A model generated the notes under the pieces. It made no database searches. It was not told the origin of the DNA and worked only from the letters and a program-made list of their open reading frames with translations. 64,000 nucleotides of DNA, from NCBI GenBank assembly GCA_016875995.1, contig VGOG01000003.1, positions 7,650-71,649 of the forward strand, written 5' to 3'. Positions 17,158 to 25,271 of this stretch are shown piece after piece (within the stretch, counting starts at the first letter, position 1; each line of letters starts with the position of its first letter). This stretch comes from Chloroflexota bacterium (GTDB taxonomy: Bacteria; Chloroflexota; Anaerolineae; VGOG01). The translations under genes were made by a program, and so were the position numbers.

Positions 17158-17961
17158 ATGGACGACGAGGTCGTGGTAGAGATCGAGAACGCCGTCGTCT
17201 CCTACCGCGAGGACGTGGCCCTGCGGGGCGTTTCGCTGAGGGTGAGGAGGGGCGAGTTTGTGGGCATCATCGGCCCCAACGGGGCGGGTAAGACCACCCT
17301 CCTCACCCTGATCAACGGCCTGGGCAAGCTGCTCCAGGGCCACATTCGGGTGCTGGGGCACTCCCCCCGTTCCCCCCAACTTTGGGGGGCAGGGGGGCGT
17401 AACGCCCGCCAGATCAGGACCAGGGTGGGCTACGTGGCACAGGTGCAGAATATTGACCCCCGCATGCCCATCGTCGTGCGCGAGGTGGTGATGATCGGGC
17501 GCTGCGGGCGGCTGGGGCTCTTGCGAAGGCCGAGCGGAACCGATTGGGAGATCGTGGAGCGGATGATCGAGCTGGTAGGGATGAACCATCTGGCGGACAG
17601 GCCCATCGGACACCTCTCGGGGGGCGAGCAGCAGCGCGTCGCCATCGCCCGCGCCCTGGCCCAGGAGCCCGATATCTTCCTGCTGGACGAGCCCACCGCC
17701 AACCTCGACTGGCGGGGCCAGAGGGAGATCCTGGAGCTGGTCAAGCGCATCCACACGACTCGTAAGCTCACTACCCTGTTCGTCACCCACGACCTCAACA
17801 CCCTACCCCGGGCGTGCAATCGGGTGGTCTTGATGAAGGATGGCCTCATCCGAGGGGAAGGCCACCCCAAACAGATGCTGCGGGAGGATGTGTTAAGCGA
17901 ATTGTACGATACGCCCATCCGCATCATCGAGCACGATGGAGGGCGGGTGGTGCTGTCGTAG
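17158..17961 (+). CDS. metal ABC transporter ATP-binding protein (ZnuC/TroB-like)
   Basis: GPNGAGKTT (Walker A), LSGGEQQRVAIARAL, FLLDEPTANLD. Confidence 0.92.
   Translation: MDDEVVVEIENAVVSYREDVALRGVSLRVRRGEFVGIIGPNGAGKTTLLTLINGLGKLLQGHIRVLGHSPRSPQLWGAGGRNARQIRTRVGYVAQVQNIDPRMPIVVREVVMIGRCGRLGLLRRPSGTDWEIVERMIELVGMNHLADRPIGHLSGGEQQRVAIARALAQEPDIFLLDEPTANLDWRGQREILELVKRIHTTRKLTTLFVTHDLNTLPRACNRVVLMKDGLIRGEGHPKQMLREDVLSELYDTPIRIIEHDGGRVVLS
17363..17399. repeat. second copy of the GC-rich palindromic element, in-frame in the ATPase gene
   Basis: ccccccgttccccccaactttggggggcaggggggcg, translated in a different frame as SPRSPQLWGAGGR. Confidence 0.8.
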
Positions 17962-17970
17962 GAGGCCCAC

Positions 17971-19425
17971 ATGGAAATCCTCCACTACCGCTTCATGCAA
18001 AACGCCATCCTGGCCGCGCTGCTGGGAGGGGTAGCTTGCTCAACCATTGGCGTCTTCGTGGTGACCATGGGCATCTCCTTCATCGGCATTTGCATCTCCC
18101 ACGCCGCCTTCGCTGGCGCTCTCCTCGGAATCCTGCTAGGCTTCGATCCCCTGGTGGGTGCCTTCGTCTTCAGCCTGCTGGCAGCGGCGGTCATCGGCCC
18201 CCTGGCCGACCGGGGGGAGTTCAACCCCGATACAGCCATCGGCATCGTCTTCTCCCTGATGCTGGGGCTGGCCTTTCTCTTCATGGGGCTCATGGTGGGT
18301 CCCAGAACCCAGGCCCTGGGCCTCCTGTGGGGCAGCATCCTCACCGTCACCGACGCCAACCTGATCCTGCTGGCCGCTGTCTGCGGGGTGGTGGTGATCC
18401 TGGTACTCCTCTTCTACAAGGAGATCCAGGCGGTTCTCTTCCATCGGGAGATGGCGCTGGCGGTGGGCATCCCGGCCAACGCCATCTTCTACGCCCTGCT
18501 TTTTCTGACGGGAGCCACCATCACCGCCTCCTTCAAGGCCATCGGTGGCCTGCTCATCTTCAGCCTGATCATCAACCCCGCCGCGGCGGCCTACCAGCTC
18601 ACTTACAGCCTGAAGCGGCTCTTTCTCCTCTCCGCCCTCTTCGGCGTCCTCTCCGGCTGGATGGGGCTCTTGGCCTCTTATCTCTTCGACGTCCCCAGTG
18701 GGGCGGTGATCATCATCGTCTCCAGTCTGGTCTTCGCCATCGCCACGCTGGTTTCGCCCAAGAGGAAGGTGAAAAGGTGGCCAGCAATAATGAACCATCG
18801 CCAGTTCTTCGACCAGGCGGCGGCCGAATGGGACGCGCTGGAGGTGGACGAGACCCTGATCCGGCTGCGCGAGATCGTGGCCGGGCTGGACTTCGGGCCG
18901 GGGGCAGCGGTGCTGGATGTGGGATGTGGCACCGGGATACTTTTTCCTTTGCTCCTGGAGGCGATGAATGGAGCAGGGCGGGTTGTGGGCCTGGACATCT
19001 CCGGCGAGATGCTCAGGTGCGCTCAGGCCAAGGGACATCCCGTCGAGTGCGTGCAAGGCGATGCCCAGAGCCTGCCCCTTTCGGACGAGAGCTTCGACTG
19101 GGTGATCTGCAACGCCGTCTTCCCTCACTTCCCGGATAAACTCCGCGCCCTGGGCGAAATTTGCCGCGTGCTGCGCAGCGGCGGCCGGCTGGTCATCTGC
19201 CATACCGCCAGCCGCCAGGCGATCAACGAGTTCCACCGTTCCATGGGTGGGGTCGTGGCTCACGACACCATCCCCGACGAGGGGGAGATGCTACGCTTGC
19301 TGGAAGAGGCCGGGCTGATGGAGGCTCAGGTGTGGGATGAGCCCGACTGTTATCTGATACTGGCCCACCGGAACCAAAGGAGGTCCAGATCATCCTCTAC
19401 GACCGGGAGCTGGCCCTGGCGGTGA
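17971..19425 (+). CDS. ABC-3 metal permease (residues 1-273) fused in one ORF to a class I SAM-dependent methyltransferase
   Basis: N-terminal part: polytopic ZnuB/TroC-like ...SLVFAIATLVSPKRK. From ATG 18790: MNHRQFFDQAAAEWD...VLDVGCGTGILF...GGRLVICH. There is no stop between the two parts. Confidence 0.8.
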   Translation: MEILHYRFMQNAILAALLGGVACSTIGVFVVTMGISFIGICISHAAFAGALLGILLGFDPLVGAFVFSLLAAAVIGPLADRGEFNPDTAIGIVFSLMLGLAFLFMGLMVGPRTQALGLLWGSILTVTDANLILLAAVCGVVVILVLLFYKEIQAVLFHREMALAVGIPANAIFYALLFLTGATITASFKAIGGLLIFSLIINPAAAAYQLTYSLKRLFLLSALFGVLSGWMGLLASYLFDVPSGAVIIIVSSLVFAIATLVSPKRKVKRWPAIMNHRQFFDQAAAEWDALEVDETLIRLREIVAGLDFGPGAAVLDVGCGTGILFPLLLEAMNGAGRVVGLDISGEMLRCAQAKGHPVECVQGDAQSLPLSDESFDWVICNAVFPHFPDKLRALGEICRVLRSGGRLVICHTASRQAINEFHRSMGGVVAHDTIPDEGEMLRLLEEAGLMEAQVWDEPDCYLILAHRNQRRSRSSSTTGSWPWR

Positions 19426-19463
19426 GGGTGTCTGCACGGCCGATCTACTACGCCATCATCGAG
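19377..19463 (+). pseudogene. about 29-codon remnant of an ABC-3 permease
   Basis: The alternate frame reads KEVQIILYDRELALAVRVSARPIYYAII, which aligns with KEIQAVLFHREMALAVGIPANAIFYALL of the intact permease. Confidence 0.45.
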
Positions 19464-19495
19464 AAAGAGCAGGGAATATCAACTGGCAGCGATGA

Positions 19496-19535
19496 GGAAG
19501 CGTCACAGAGTTGGCGCTTCCTTTGCTGTTTTTTG
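19496..19535 (+). terminator. rho-independent terminator
   Basis: ggaagcg...cgcttcc stem followed by tttgctgttttttg. Confidence 0.7.
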
Positions 19536-19571
19536 TACCAATATGCCCCGTAAATTTTAAGGTTCCAGCTC

Positions 19572-19600
19572 TTGACAAAATGCCAAAAAGGTGATATAAT
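19572..19600 (+). promoter_or_regulatory. consensus sigma70 promoter
   Basis: TTGACA-17 nt-TATAAT with an extended TG. Confidence 0.65.
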
Positions 19601-19656
19601 CTATATATGTAAAAAGTCACTATAGCTGTAAGACACTATTTGTCAGGAGGTGAGTG

Positions 19657-20064
19657 ATGCCACGTGGTCGTCGGCGCAGGTGGATGGGGGGCAGGGGCGG
19701 TGGGCCCTGCCCTACACGGATATACCGTTTCGTGGAGCCGGTGTTGCTTCTACTGCTCCATCGCGGCTCCTCCCATGGCTATAGCCTGCAGGAGGGGCTG
19801 AAACAGTTCGGCTTTGAAGAAGCCCCTATTGATCCCAGCATGGTCTACCGTGCCCTGCGGGAGATGGAAGGCCAGGGGCTCGTGACCTCAGTCTGGGACA
19901 CCGAGGGCTCAGGTCCGCCACGGCGGGTTTATCAACTGACCGCCGAGGGCGATGAGCACTTGGCCCAATGCGTGGCCGACTTGCGGGCGATGGACCGAGT
20001 GCTGCACGACTTCTTTGCTGCTTACGACGAGCACATGGAGGAGGGGGAAGGTGCCCATCATTGA
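19657..20064 (+). CDS. PadR family transcriptional regulator
   Basis: VEPVLLLLLHRGSSHGYSLQEGL...MVYRALREMEGQGLV...RRVYQLTAEG. RBS AGGAGG at 19645. Confidence 0.88.
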   Translation: MPRGRRRRWMGGRGGGPCPTRIYRFVEPVLLLLLHRGSSHGYSLQEGLKQFGFEEAPIDPSMVYRALREMEGQGLVTSVWDTEGSGPPRRVYQLTAEGDEHLAQCVADLRAMDRVLHDFFAAYDEHMEEGEGAHH

Positions 20065-20809
20065 CGATCTGATCGCCTCGCTGAGGGACGATGCGCGACT
20101 GCGCGAGGTGCGGGTCTGCGCTTTCTGGACGGCGGTGGTGCTCGACGATGGGCGCTGTGGGCTGGCCTCCACGCTGCGGCCTGAAGAGCCCCAGTGTGCC
20201 GGTCCCGCTCCACTGGTACCGCGGGCGGGCCATCTGCTGGACTGCAGCGCCCTGGAGCTGGCCGAATATGCCAAGTCCGATAGCCTCCTGGAGGCTTCCA
20301 TCGGGATGGCGGCCATAAACTCCCTGATAGAGATTGACGAGAGCCGCTGCGTAGAGCTGAACGCGGAGGAGGTCATACTAAAAGAGGGTGCGGGCAGAAA
20401 AGTGGCCATCGTGGGGCACTTCCCCTTCACCCCCAGGGTGAGGAAGGCAGCCGAGAAGATGTGGGTGCTGGAAAAGAGGCCGGTGCGGGGCGACCTGCCC
20501 GCCGAGAGGGCCACAGAGGTGCTCCCCCAGGCCGACGTGGCCGCCATCACCGGCACCTCGCTCATCAACCACACTTTTGAGGGATTGATGAAGTTGTGCC
20601 GCTCCGATGCTCTGGTCATCGTCCTGGGCCCCACGGCGCCCCTCTCGCCCCTGCTCTTCGACTACGGGGCGGATATAATCTGTGGAACCCTGGTCACCGA
20701 CACGGAATCCGTGCTACGGCTCATCGGCCAGGGAGCCAATTTCGGGCAGGTGAAGCGCGGCGAGGGTGTGCGATTGCTGACCATGGCCCGCACGCAACAT
20801 TCCATCTGA
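20051..20809 (+). CDS. DUF4213/DUF364 (putative heavy-metal chelation, Rossmann-like) protein
   Basis: (V)PIIDDLIASL...VCAFWTAVVLDDGRCGLAST...VAIVGHFP...AITGTSLINHT. The GTG start overlaps the PadR stop. Confidence 0.65.
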   Translation: MPIIDDLIASLRDDARLREVRVCAFWTAVVLDDGRCGLASTLRPEEPQCAGPAPLVPRAGHLLDCSALELAEYAKSDSLLEASIGMAAINSLIEIDESRCVELNAEEVILKEGAGRKVAIVGHFPFTPRVRKAAEKMWVLEKRPVRGDLPAERATEVLPQADVAAITGTSLINHTFEGLMKLCRSDALVIVLGPTAPLSPLLFDYGADIICGTLVTDTESVLRLIGQGANFGQVKRGEGVRLLTMARTQHSI

Positions 20810-20841
20810 CGAAAATTAATTGCGTGAGAAAGGAGCAAGAA

Positions 20842-21918
20842 TTGATTGACGAACAGCGGGTACATCAAGCTTTACGAGAAGTAAAACATCCCGAATCGGG
20901 TCATAGTTTGATAGAACTGGGCATGATCAGGGGTATAAGGGTGGACGACGAGCAGGTGAGATTCACCATCGTCCTGCCCTTCATGAACGTACCCGTCAAG
21001 GATCAGATCGTGGGCGAGGCGCGGGCGGCGGTGGAGGGGCTGCCAGGGGTCAAGGGAGTGGACGTAGAACTGGCCGAGATGACCCAGAGGGAGCGGACGC
21101 ACTTCATGGCCGCCCAGGAGAAAAGGGTTGGTTCGGCAGAGCAATTCAATCGCATCCAGCACGTCGTCGCCGTGGTGAGCGGCAAGGGCGGCGTGGGTAA
21201 GTCGCTGGTGGCTGGGCTGCTGGCCATTGCCCTGAAGCGCGAGGGCCACCAGGTGGGCGTACTCGACGCTGACATCACCGGCCCCAGCATCCCCAAGATG
21301 TTCTTCCCCACGCAGAGGCATCCAAATAGTAGCCCCCTGGGCATCCTGCCGGTGGAGAGCGAGACGGGCATCAAGGTCATGTCCATCAACCTGCTTCTCC
21401 CCCGCGAGGACGAGGCAGTCATCTGGCGGGGGCCGCTTATCAGCACAGCCATCAAGCAGTTCTGGGGCGACGTCTTCTGGGGCACCCTGGATTACCTTAT
21501 CGTGGATCTGCCCCCTGGCACGGCCGACGCCTCGCTCACGGTGATGCAGGCCATCCCTTTAAGCGGGGTAGTGTTGGTCACCTCGCCGCAGGACCTGGCG
21601 GCCATGGTGGTCAAGAAGGCGGCCCGCATGGCCCAGGTGATGGGGGTGCCCATCCTCGGAATTGTGGAGAACATGAGCTACGTCGTCTGTCCCGACACGG
21701 GCAGGCGATTGGAGGTCTTCGGGCCCAGCAAGGCTAAGATAATGGCGGCCCAACTGGGCGTGCCTCTTCTGGGAAGATTGCCCATTGATCCCCAGATCGC
21801 CCAGCTCTGCGATGAGGGACGGATTGAGGAGTATCGGTCCGATGACTTCGCTGCCATCGCTAAACGCCTGGTGGAGAGCGCACCGCAGCCAAGGACCTCG
21901 CTGTTCTCTCAGCCTTAG
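20842..21918 (+). CDS. Mrp/NBP35/ApbC family Fe-S cluster carrier ATPase
   Basis: N-terminal MIP18-like domain (VKHPESGHSLIELGMI) followed by VVSGKGGVGKS and CPDTG. The start is uncertain (TTG 20842 or GTG 20824). Confidence 0.88.
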   Translation: MIDEQRVHQALREVKHPESGHSLIELGMIRGIRVDDEQVRFTIVLPFMNVPVKDQIVGEARAAVEGLPGVKGVDVELAEMTQRERTHFMAAQEKRVGSAEQFNRIQHVVAVVSGKGGVGKSLVAGLLAIALKREGHQVGVLDADITGPSIPKMFFPTQRHPNSSPLGILPVESETGIKVMSINLLLPREDEAVIWRGPLISTAIKQFWGDVFWGTLDYLIVDLPPGTADASLTVMQAIPLSGVVLVTSPQDLAAMVVKKAARMAQVMGVPILGIVENMSYVVCPDTGRRLEVFGPSKAKIMAAQLGVPLLGRLPIDPQIAQLCDEGRIEEYRSDDFAAIAKRLVESAPQPRTSLFSQP

Positions 21919-21934
21919 GAGGGAGGTGAATGAC

Positions 21935-22222
21935 ATGCCAGCTTTTGATGGCACCGGACCCCGGGGGCTGGGTCCCATGACCGGGCGCGGGGAGGGGTAC
22001 TGCGCCATCGCGTTTCCTCCTCCCGAAACGGGGAAGGCCCCTTACGGCTACGCGGGACTGGCAGGCATACCGGTGCGGCTTGCCCGGAGCCCCGTCGAAG
22101 GGACTGGGGTTCCCTACAGCGCGCCGCCGGTTCCCGCAACACCCTTCGCGCCTGTCCCCGCCACACGATTTGGCCGGGGATTGGGACGACGCCGGGGCCG
22201 GGGTAGAGGGCGATGGCGATAG
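21935..22222 (+). CDS. DUF5320 family protein
   Basis: MPAFDGTGPRGLGPMTGRGEGYC, with the tail RRRGRGRGRWR. Confidence 0.75.
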   Translation: MPAFDGTGPRGLGPMTGRGEGYCAIAFPPPETGKAPYGYAGLAGIPVRLARSPVEGTGVPYSAPPVPATPFAPVPATRFGRGLGRRRGRGRGRWR

Positions 22223-22266
22223 CCCTACATCGCCCATAATTGTCGAATGGGAAGGAGGTGAACGAG

Positions 22267-22530
22267 ATGCCAGGCTTTGATGGAACAGGACCGGCCGGGA
22301 TGGGCCCTATGACCGGTGGTGGACGAGGCTGGTGTAATCCGTACAGCCCGCTCTATGCCGGCTATGGCCCTTACCCCGCTCCCTACGCCTATCGGGCTCC
22401 TGGGGCTGGATGGCCAACTGGGGGCTACGGCTTCCGACCCTACGGCTTTGGGCGTCCCCGCTGGGGCATGCGAGGCTTCTGGGGCCGGGGCATAGGCTGG
22501 GGAGGTCGTGGCCGGGGACGTTGGTGGTAA
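22267..22530 (+). CDS. DUF5320 family protein
   Basis: MPGFDGTGPAGMGPMTGGGRGWC, with the tail GGRGRGRWW. RBS GGAGG. Confidence 0.75.
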   Translation: MPGFDGTGPAGMGPMTGGGRGWCNPYSPLYAGYGPYPAPYAYRAPGAGWPTGGYGFRPYGFGRPRWGMRGFWGRGIGWGGRGRGRWW

Positions 22531-22576
22531 CTTTTGACCGGTGAGGAAATCCGCCAAAGAGAGGAGGTGAACAAAA

Positions 22577-22891
22577 ATGGGCTACAGGCATCGCTGGTGG
22601 TACTACGCCACCGGGCTACCGGGTTGGATGCGCTTCGGTTACAGCCCAGGCTGGCTGGGCCGCAGCTCTACGGGGCTAGGCCCCTGTGCCGAGTATCTCA
22701 TGACGGGGCAATGGCCCACGCCGCAGATGGCCACCGCCTGGGAGGCTGGACCGTGGGCTTACGGCGCTCCAGCGCCCGGCCCGATGCCGCGCCAGCAGGA
22801 GCTGCAGATGCTGAGGGATCACGCCGAAGCGCTGAAGGCCCAGCTCGATCAGATCAGCGCGCGCATCGAAGAACTCGAAAAGGAGGCTTAA
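22577..22891 (+). CDS. DUF5320-like protein (Trp/Gly-rich N-terminus, C-terminal coiled coil)
   Basis: C-terminal ELQMLRDHAEALKAQLDQISARIEELEKEA. RBS GGAGG. Confidence 0.55.
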   Translation: MGYRHRWWYYATGLPGWMRFGYSPGWLGRSSTGLGPCAEYLMTGQWPTPQMATAWEAGPWAYGAPAPGPMPRQQELQMLRDHAEALKAQLDQISARIEELEKEA

Positions 22892-22916
22892 CAGTGGATA
22901 CCAGGGGGATAAAAGT

Positions 22917-22958
22917 CGGGGCGGGTGAACGGAATCGGAAGACTCGCCACCCGCCCCG
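22917..22958 (+). terminator. strong GC hairpin without a U-tract after the DUF5320 genes
   Basis: cggggcgggtg...cacccgccccg. Confidence 0.35.
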
Positions 22959-23157
22959 AGCCCCCAACCTGCACGGATGTTTAACAACCGGCAGGAGAGG
23001 TGCAACCAAATCACCTGATGGCCTGGAGTTGCACTCCAGGCCCTATCCCTTGGAGGTGCGTACTTGCGAACCACAAGGTGTGCCGTAGGAGTACAACTCC
23101 GACGGATCAGGTGAATGGTTACCCAAATTATACCGTCAATAAGGAGGAATTGCAAAA

Positions 23158-23753
23158 TGAAAATCGTCGTCACATCCAACGGCGCAGACCTGGACGCGCC
23201 TGCCAGTCCGGTCTTCGGGCGGTGTTCCACTTACATCTTCGTGGATACAGAGAGCATGGAATTCGAGGCCGTTTCCAACCCGGCCATGGCCGCCCCGGGC
23301 GGAGCAGGCATCCAGGCAGCCCAGTTCGTCGTCCAGCAGGGCGCCCAGGCGGTGCTGACCGGTAACGTCGGCCCCAACGCCTACAATGTCTTCCAGGCCG
23401 CCGGCGTGCCCATCTACTTGCTCACCGGCGGGACGGTGAGAGAAGCCGTCGAGGCGTACAAGGCGGGGCGGCTGCCATCCGCTGCCGACGCCAGCGTCCA
23501 GGCTCATGCCGGGATGGGCATGGGCCGTGGTATGGGGCGTGGAATGGGGCGAGGGATGGGCATGGGCCGAGGCATGGGTATGGGCCAGGGTGCCTACGGG
23601 CCCGGTGCCTGGGGGACAACGCCTCCGCCGCAGCCCGCGCCACCCACTTCCCGCGAGGAAGAGGTCGTGGCCCTGAAACAGACAGCCAGCAACCTGCGCC
23701 AGCAGTTGGCTCAGATCATAGAGCGGCTCGATAAGCTGGAAAAGGGGGGCTAA
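23158..23753 (+). CDS. NifB/NifX-family (dinitrogenase FeMo-cofactor-binding fold) protein with GMGR repeats and a coiled-coil tail
   Basis: MKIVVTSNGADLDAPASPVFGRCSTYIFVD...VLTGNVGPNA. Then GMGMGRGMGRGMGRGMGMGRGMGMG. Then LRQQLAQIIERLDKLEK. Confidence 0.8.
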
Positions 23754-23756
23754 GTC

Positions 23757-24239
23757 ATGCGTATCGCTATCTCTGCCGACGACCAAAACGGTCTCGACAG
23801 CGTGGTCAGCCCTCACTTCGGGCGTTGCCCGTACTACATCCTGGTGGACGTGGAGGGTCAGGAGGTCAAAGCCGTGCAGGAGGTGGACAATCCCTACTAC
23901 GGCCAGCACTCGCCGGGCATGGTGCCAGGCTTTATCCATAGCCAGAGAGTGAACGTGATGCTCACCGGCGGGATGGGCCACCGGGCCATTGGCTTCTTTG
24001 AGCAGTACGGCATCGAGGCCGTGTCTGGCGCGTCGGGCACAGTGCGCCACGCCCTGGAGCGCTACCTGGGCGGTGAGTTGCAGGGTGTCCAACCTTGTCG
24101 CGAGAGCATCGAGCACGCCGCCGTCCCGGCCGAAGACGAGTATGAGCAGGATGAGGTGGGCCGCCTGCGCGAAGAGGCCGAGATGCTCCGCAGCCAACTG
24201 GACGAAGTGATAGCCCGGCTGGAGGGGTTGGGTAAGTAG
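23757..24239 (+). CDS. NifB/NifX-family protein with a coiled-coil tail
   Basis: MRIAISADDQNGLDSVVSPHFGRCPYYILVD...MLTGGMGHRA, with the tail LRSQLDEVIARLEGL. Confidence 0.8.
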   Translation: MRIAISADDQNGLDSVVSPHFGRCPYYILVDVEGQEVKAVQEVDNPYYGQHSPGMVPGFIHSQRVNVMLTGGMGHRAIGFFEQYGIEAVSGASGTVRHALERYLGGELQGVQPCRESIEHAAVPAEDEYEQDEVGRLREEAEMLRSQLDEVIARLEGLGK

Positions 24240-24272
24240 CGCGGAGGTGACAAATCGATACTGACCATCGAA

Positions 24273-24677
24273 TTGGACCGCTGCGATGGCTGCGGTGACT
24301 GCGTGGAGGTCTGTCCCGAAGGGGCCATTCAGCTTGTCGGGGGGCTGGCCCAGATCAACTCTGAACTGTGCACCGAGTGTGAGGCCTGCGTCCAGGCCTG
24401 CCCCAGCGGGGCGATCAAAGTGGCCAGGCCGATCGCCGTCAGGGAGGAGCCAGTGGCTGCCGTGGCAGAGAGGCCCCGGCCCAGCGCGCTGGGAACGCTG
24501 GCCGGCGCAGCCCTCACCTTCATAGGAAGCCAGACTTTGCCCCGGGCGGCCAATGCTATCGTCGGGGCCCTGGACAGGTGGCTTAGCGGAAAGCTAGCAG
24601 CCGAATCCCGCAGAGTGGCCCCGAGCGAAGGGAAGCCTAGTGGCCGTCGCCATCGAAGGCGTGGAGGGCGAGAATGA
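24273..24677 (+). CDS. 2x[4Fe-4S] ferredoxin-domain protein with a conserved Arg-rich C-terminal extension
   Basis: CDGCGDCVEVCP and CTECEACVQACP. Tail ...PRAANAIVGALDRWLSGK...GRRHRRRGGRE. TTG start. Confidence 0.8.
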   Translation: MDRCDGCGDCVEVCPEGAIQLVGGLAQINSELCTECEACVQACPSGAIKVARPIAVREEPVAAVAERPRPSALGTLAGAALTFIGSQTLPRAANAIVGALDRWLSGKLAAESRRVAPSEGKPSGRRHRRRGGRE

Positions 24678-24754
24678 TCGTTCTCAAATCTTCCCGCGAG
24701 TTGGCGCTCATGCGCCAAGCGGGCCGCATCGTGGCCCAAGTCCATGAGTGTTTT
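24674..24754 (+). pseudogene. 5' remnant (about 27 codons) of methionine aminopeptidase
   Basis: MIVLKSSRELALMRQAGRIVAQVHE matches the Map N-terminus (compare B. subtilis [25 protein letters not shown]). The remainder of ORF 24674-24895 is unrelated sequence. Confidence 0.6.
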
Positions 24755-24791
24755 GATTTTAAGGGAGAGAGAGGATTGAAATCAGAGTCTA

Positions 24792-25241
24792 ATGGAGCAC
24801 CAGGGAGAAGCAACAGACTTCGAACGCATGGTCACGGAACTGCAAAGGCAGATCATCGAACAGGCGCGGGCACTCTATTCGGCCAAGGTCATTGAGGAGT
24901 TCTACAATCCCAAGAACCTGGGCCGTATGTCTGCGCCTGATGCTCGCGGGAGCGTGCACGGTTGGTGCGGCGACACGATGGAGATCTACCTGCGGCTGAA
25001 CGAGGATAGGATCAAAGAGGCCACTTTTATGACCGACGGCTGTGGACCAACCGTGGCCTGTGGAAGCATGCTAACCACGATGGTGACGGAGATATCGCTG
25101 GAGGAAGCGAGCGAGATCAAACCGGAAGACCTGATAGCTGCTTTGGACGGCTTGCCCGAGGAAAGCCTCCATTGCGCCGAACTGGCGGTGAGCACGCTGC
25201 GAGAGGCAATTGCCAATTGGCATGCAGAAGACAGAGCGTGA
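24792..25241 (+). CDS. NifU/IscU-like Fe-S scaffold domain protein
   Basis: FYNPKNLGRM...GWCGDTMEIYL...FMTDGCGPTVACGS...HCAELAV. Confidence 0.8.
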   Translation: MEHQGEATDFERMVTELQRQIIEQARALYSAKVIEEFYNPKNLGRMSAPDARGSVHGWCGDTMEIYLRLNEDRIKEATFMTDGCGPTVACGSMLTTMVTEISLEEASEIKPEDLIAALDGLPEESLHCAELAVSTLREAIANWHAEDRA

Positions 25242-25271
25242 AACAAGGAGGTTAGCCTGGCCGCGAGTGGA

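Noticed and set aside
17814-19263. 441-aa (plus strand) and 375-aa (minus strand) ORFs overlapping the permease-methyltransferase gene
   Set aside because: Low-complexity Arg/Gly/Pro translations with no recognisable motifs. They are alternative frames of a clearly coding region.
23136-24197. 353-aa minus-strand ORF spanning both NifX-like genes
   Set aside because: It is antisense to two motif-bearing genes that have good RBSs. Its composition is typical of GC-frame artefacts.
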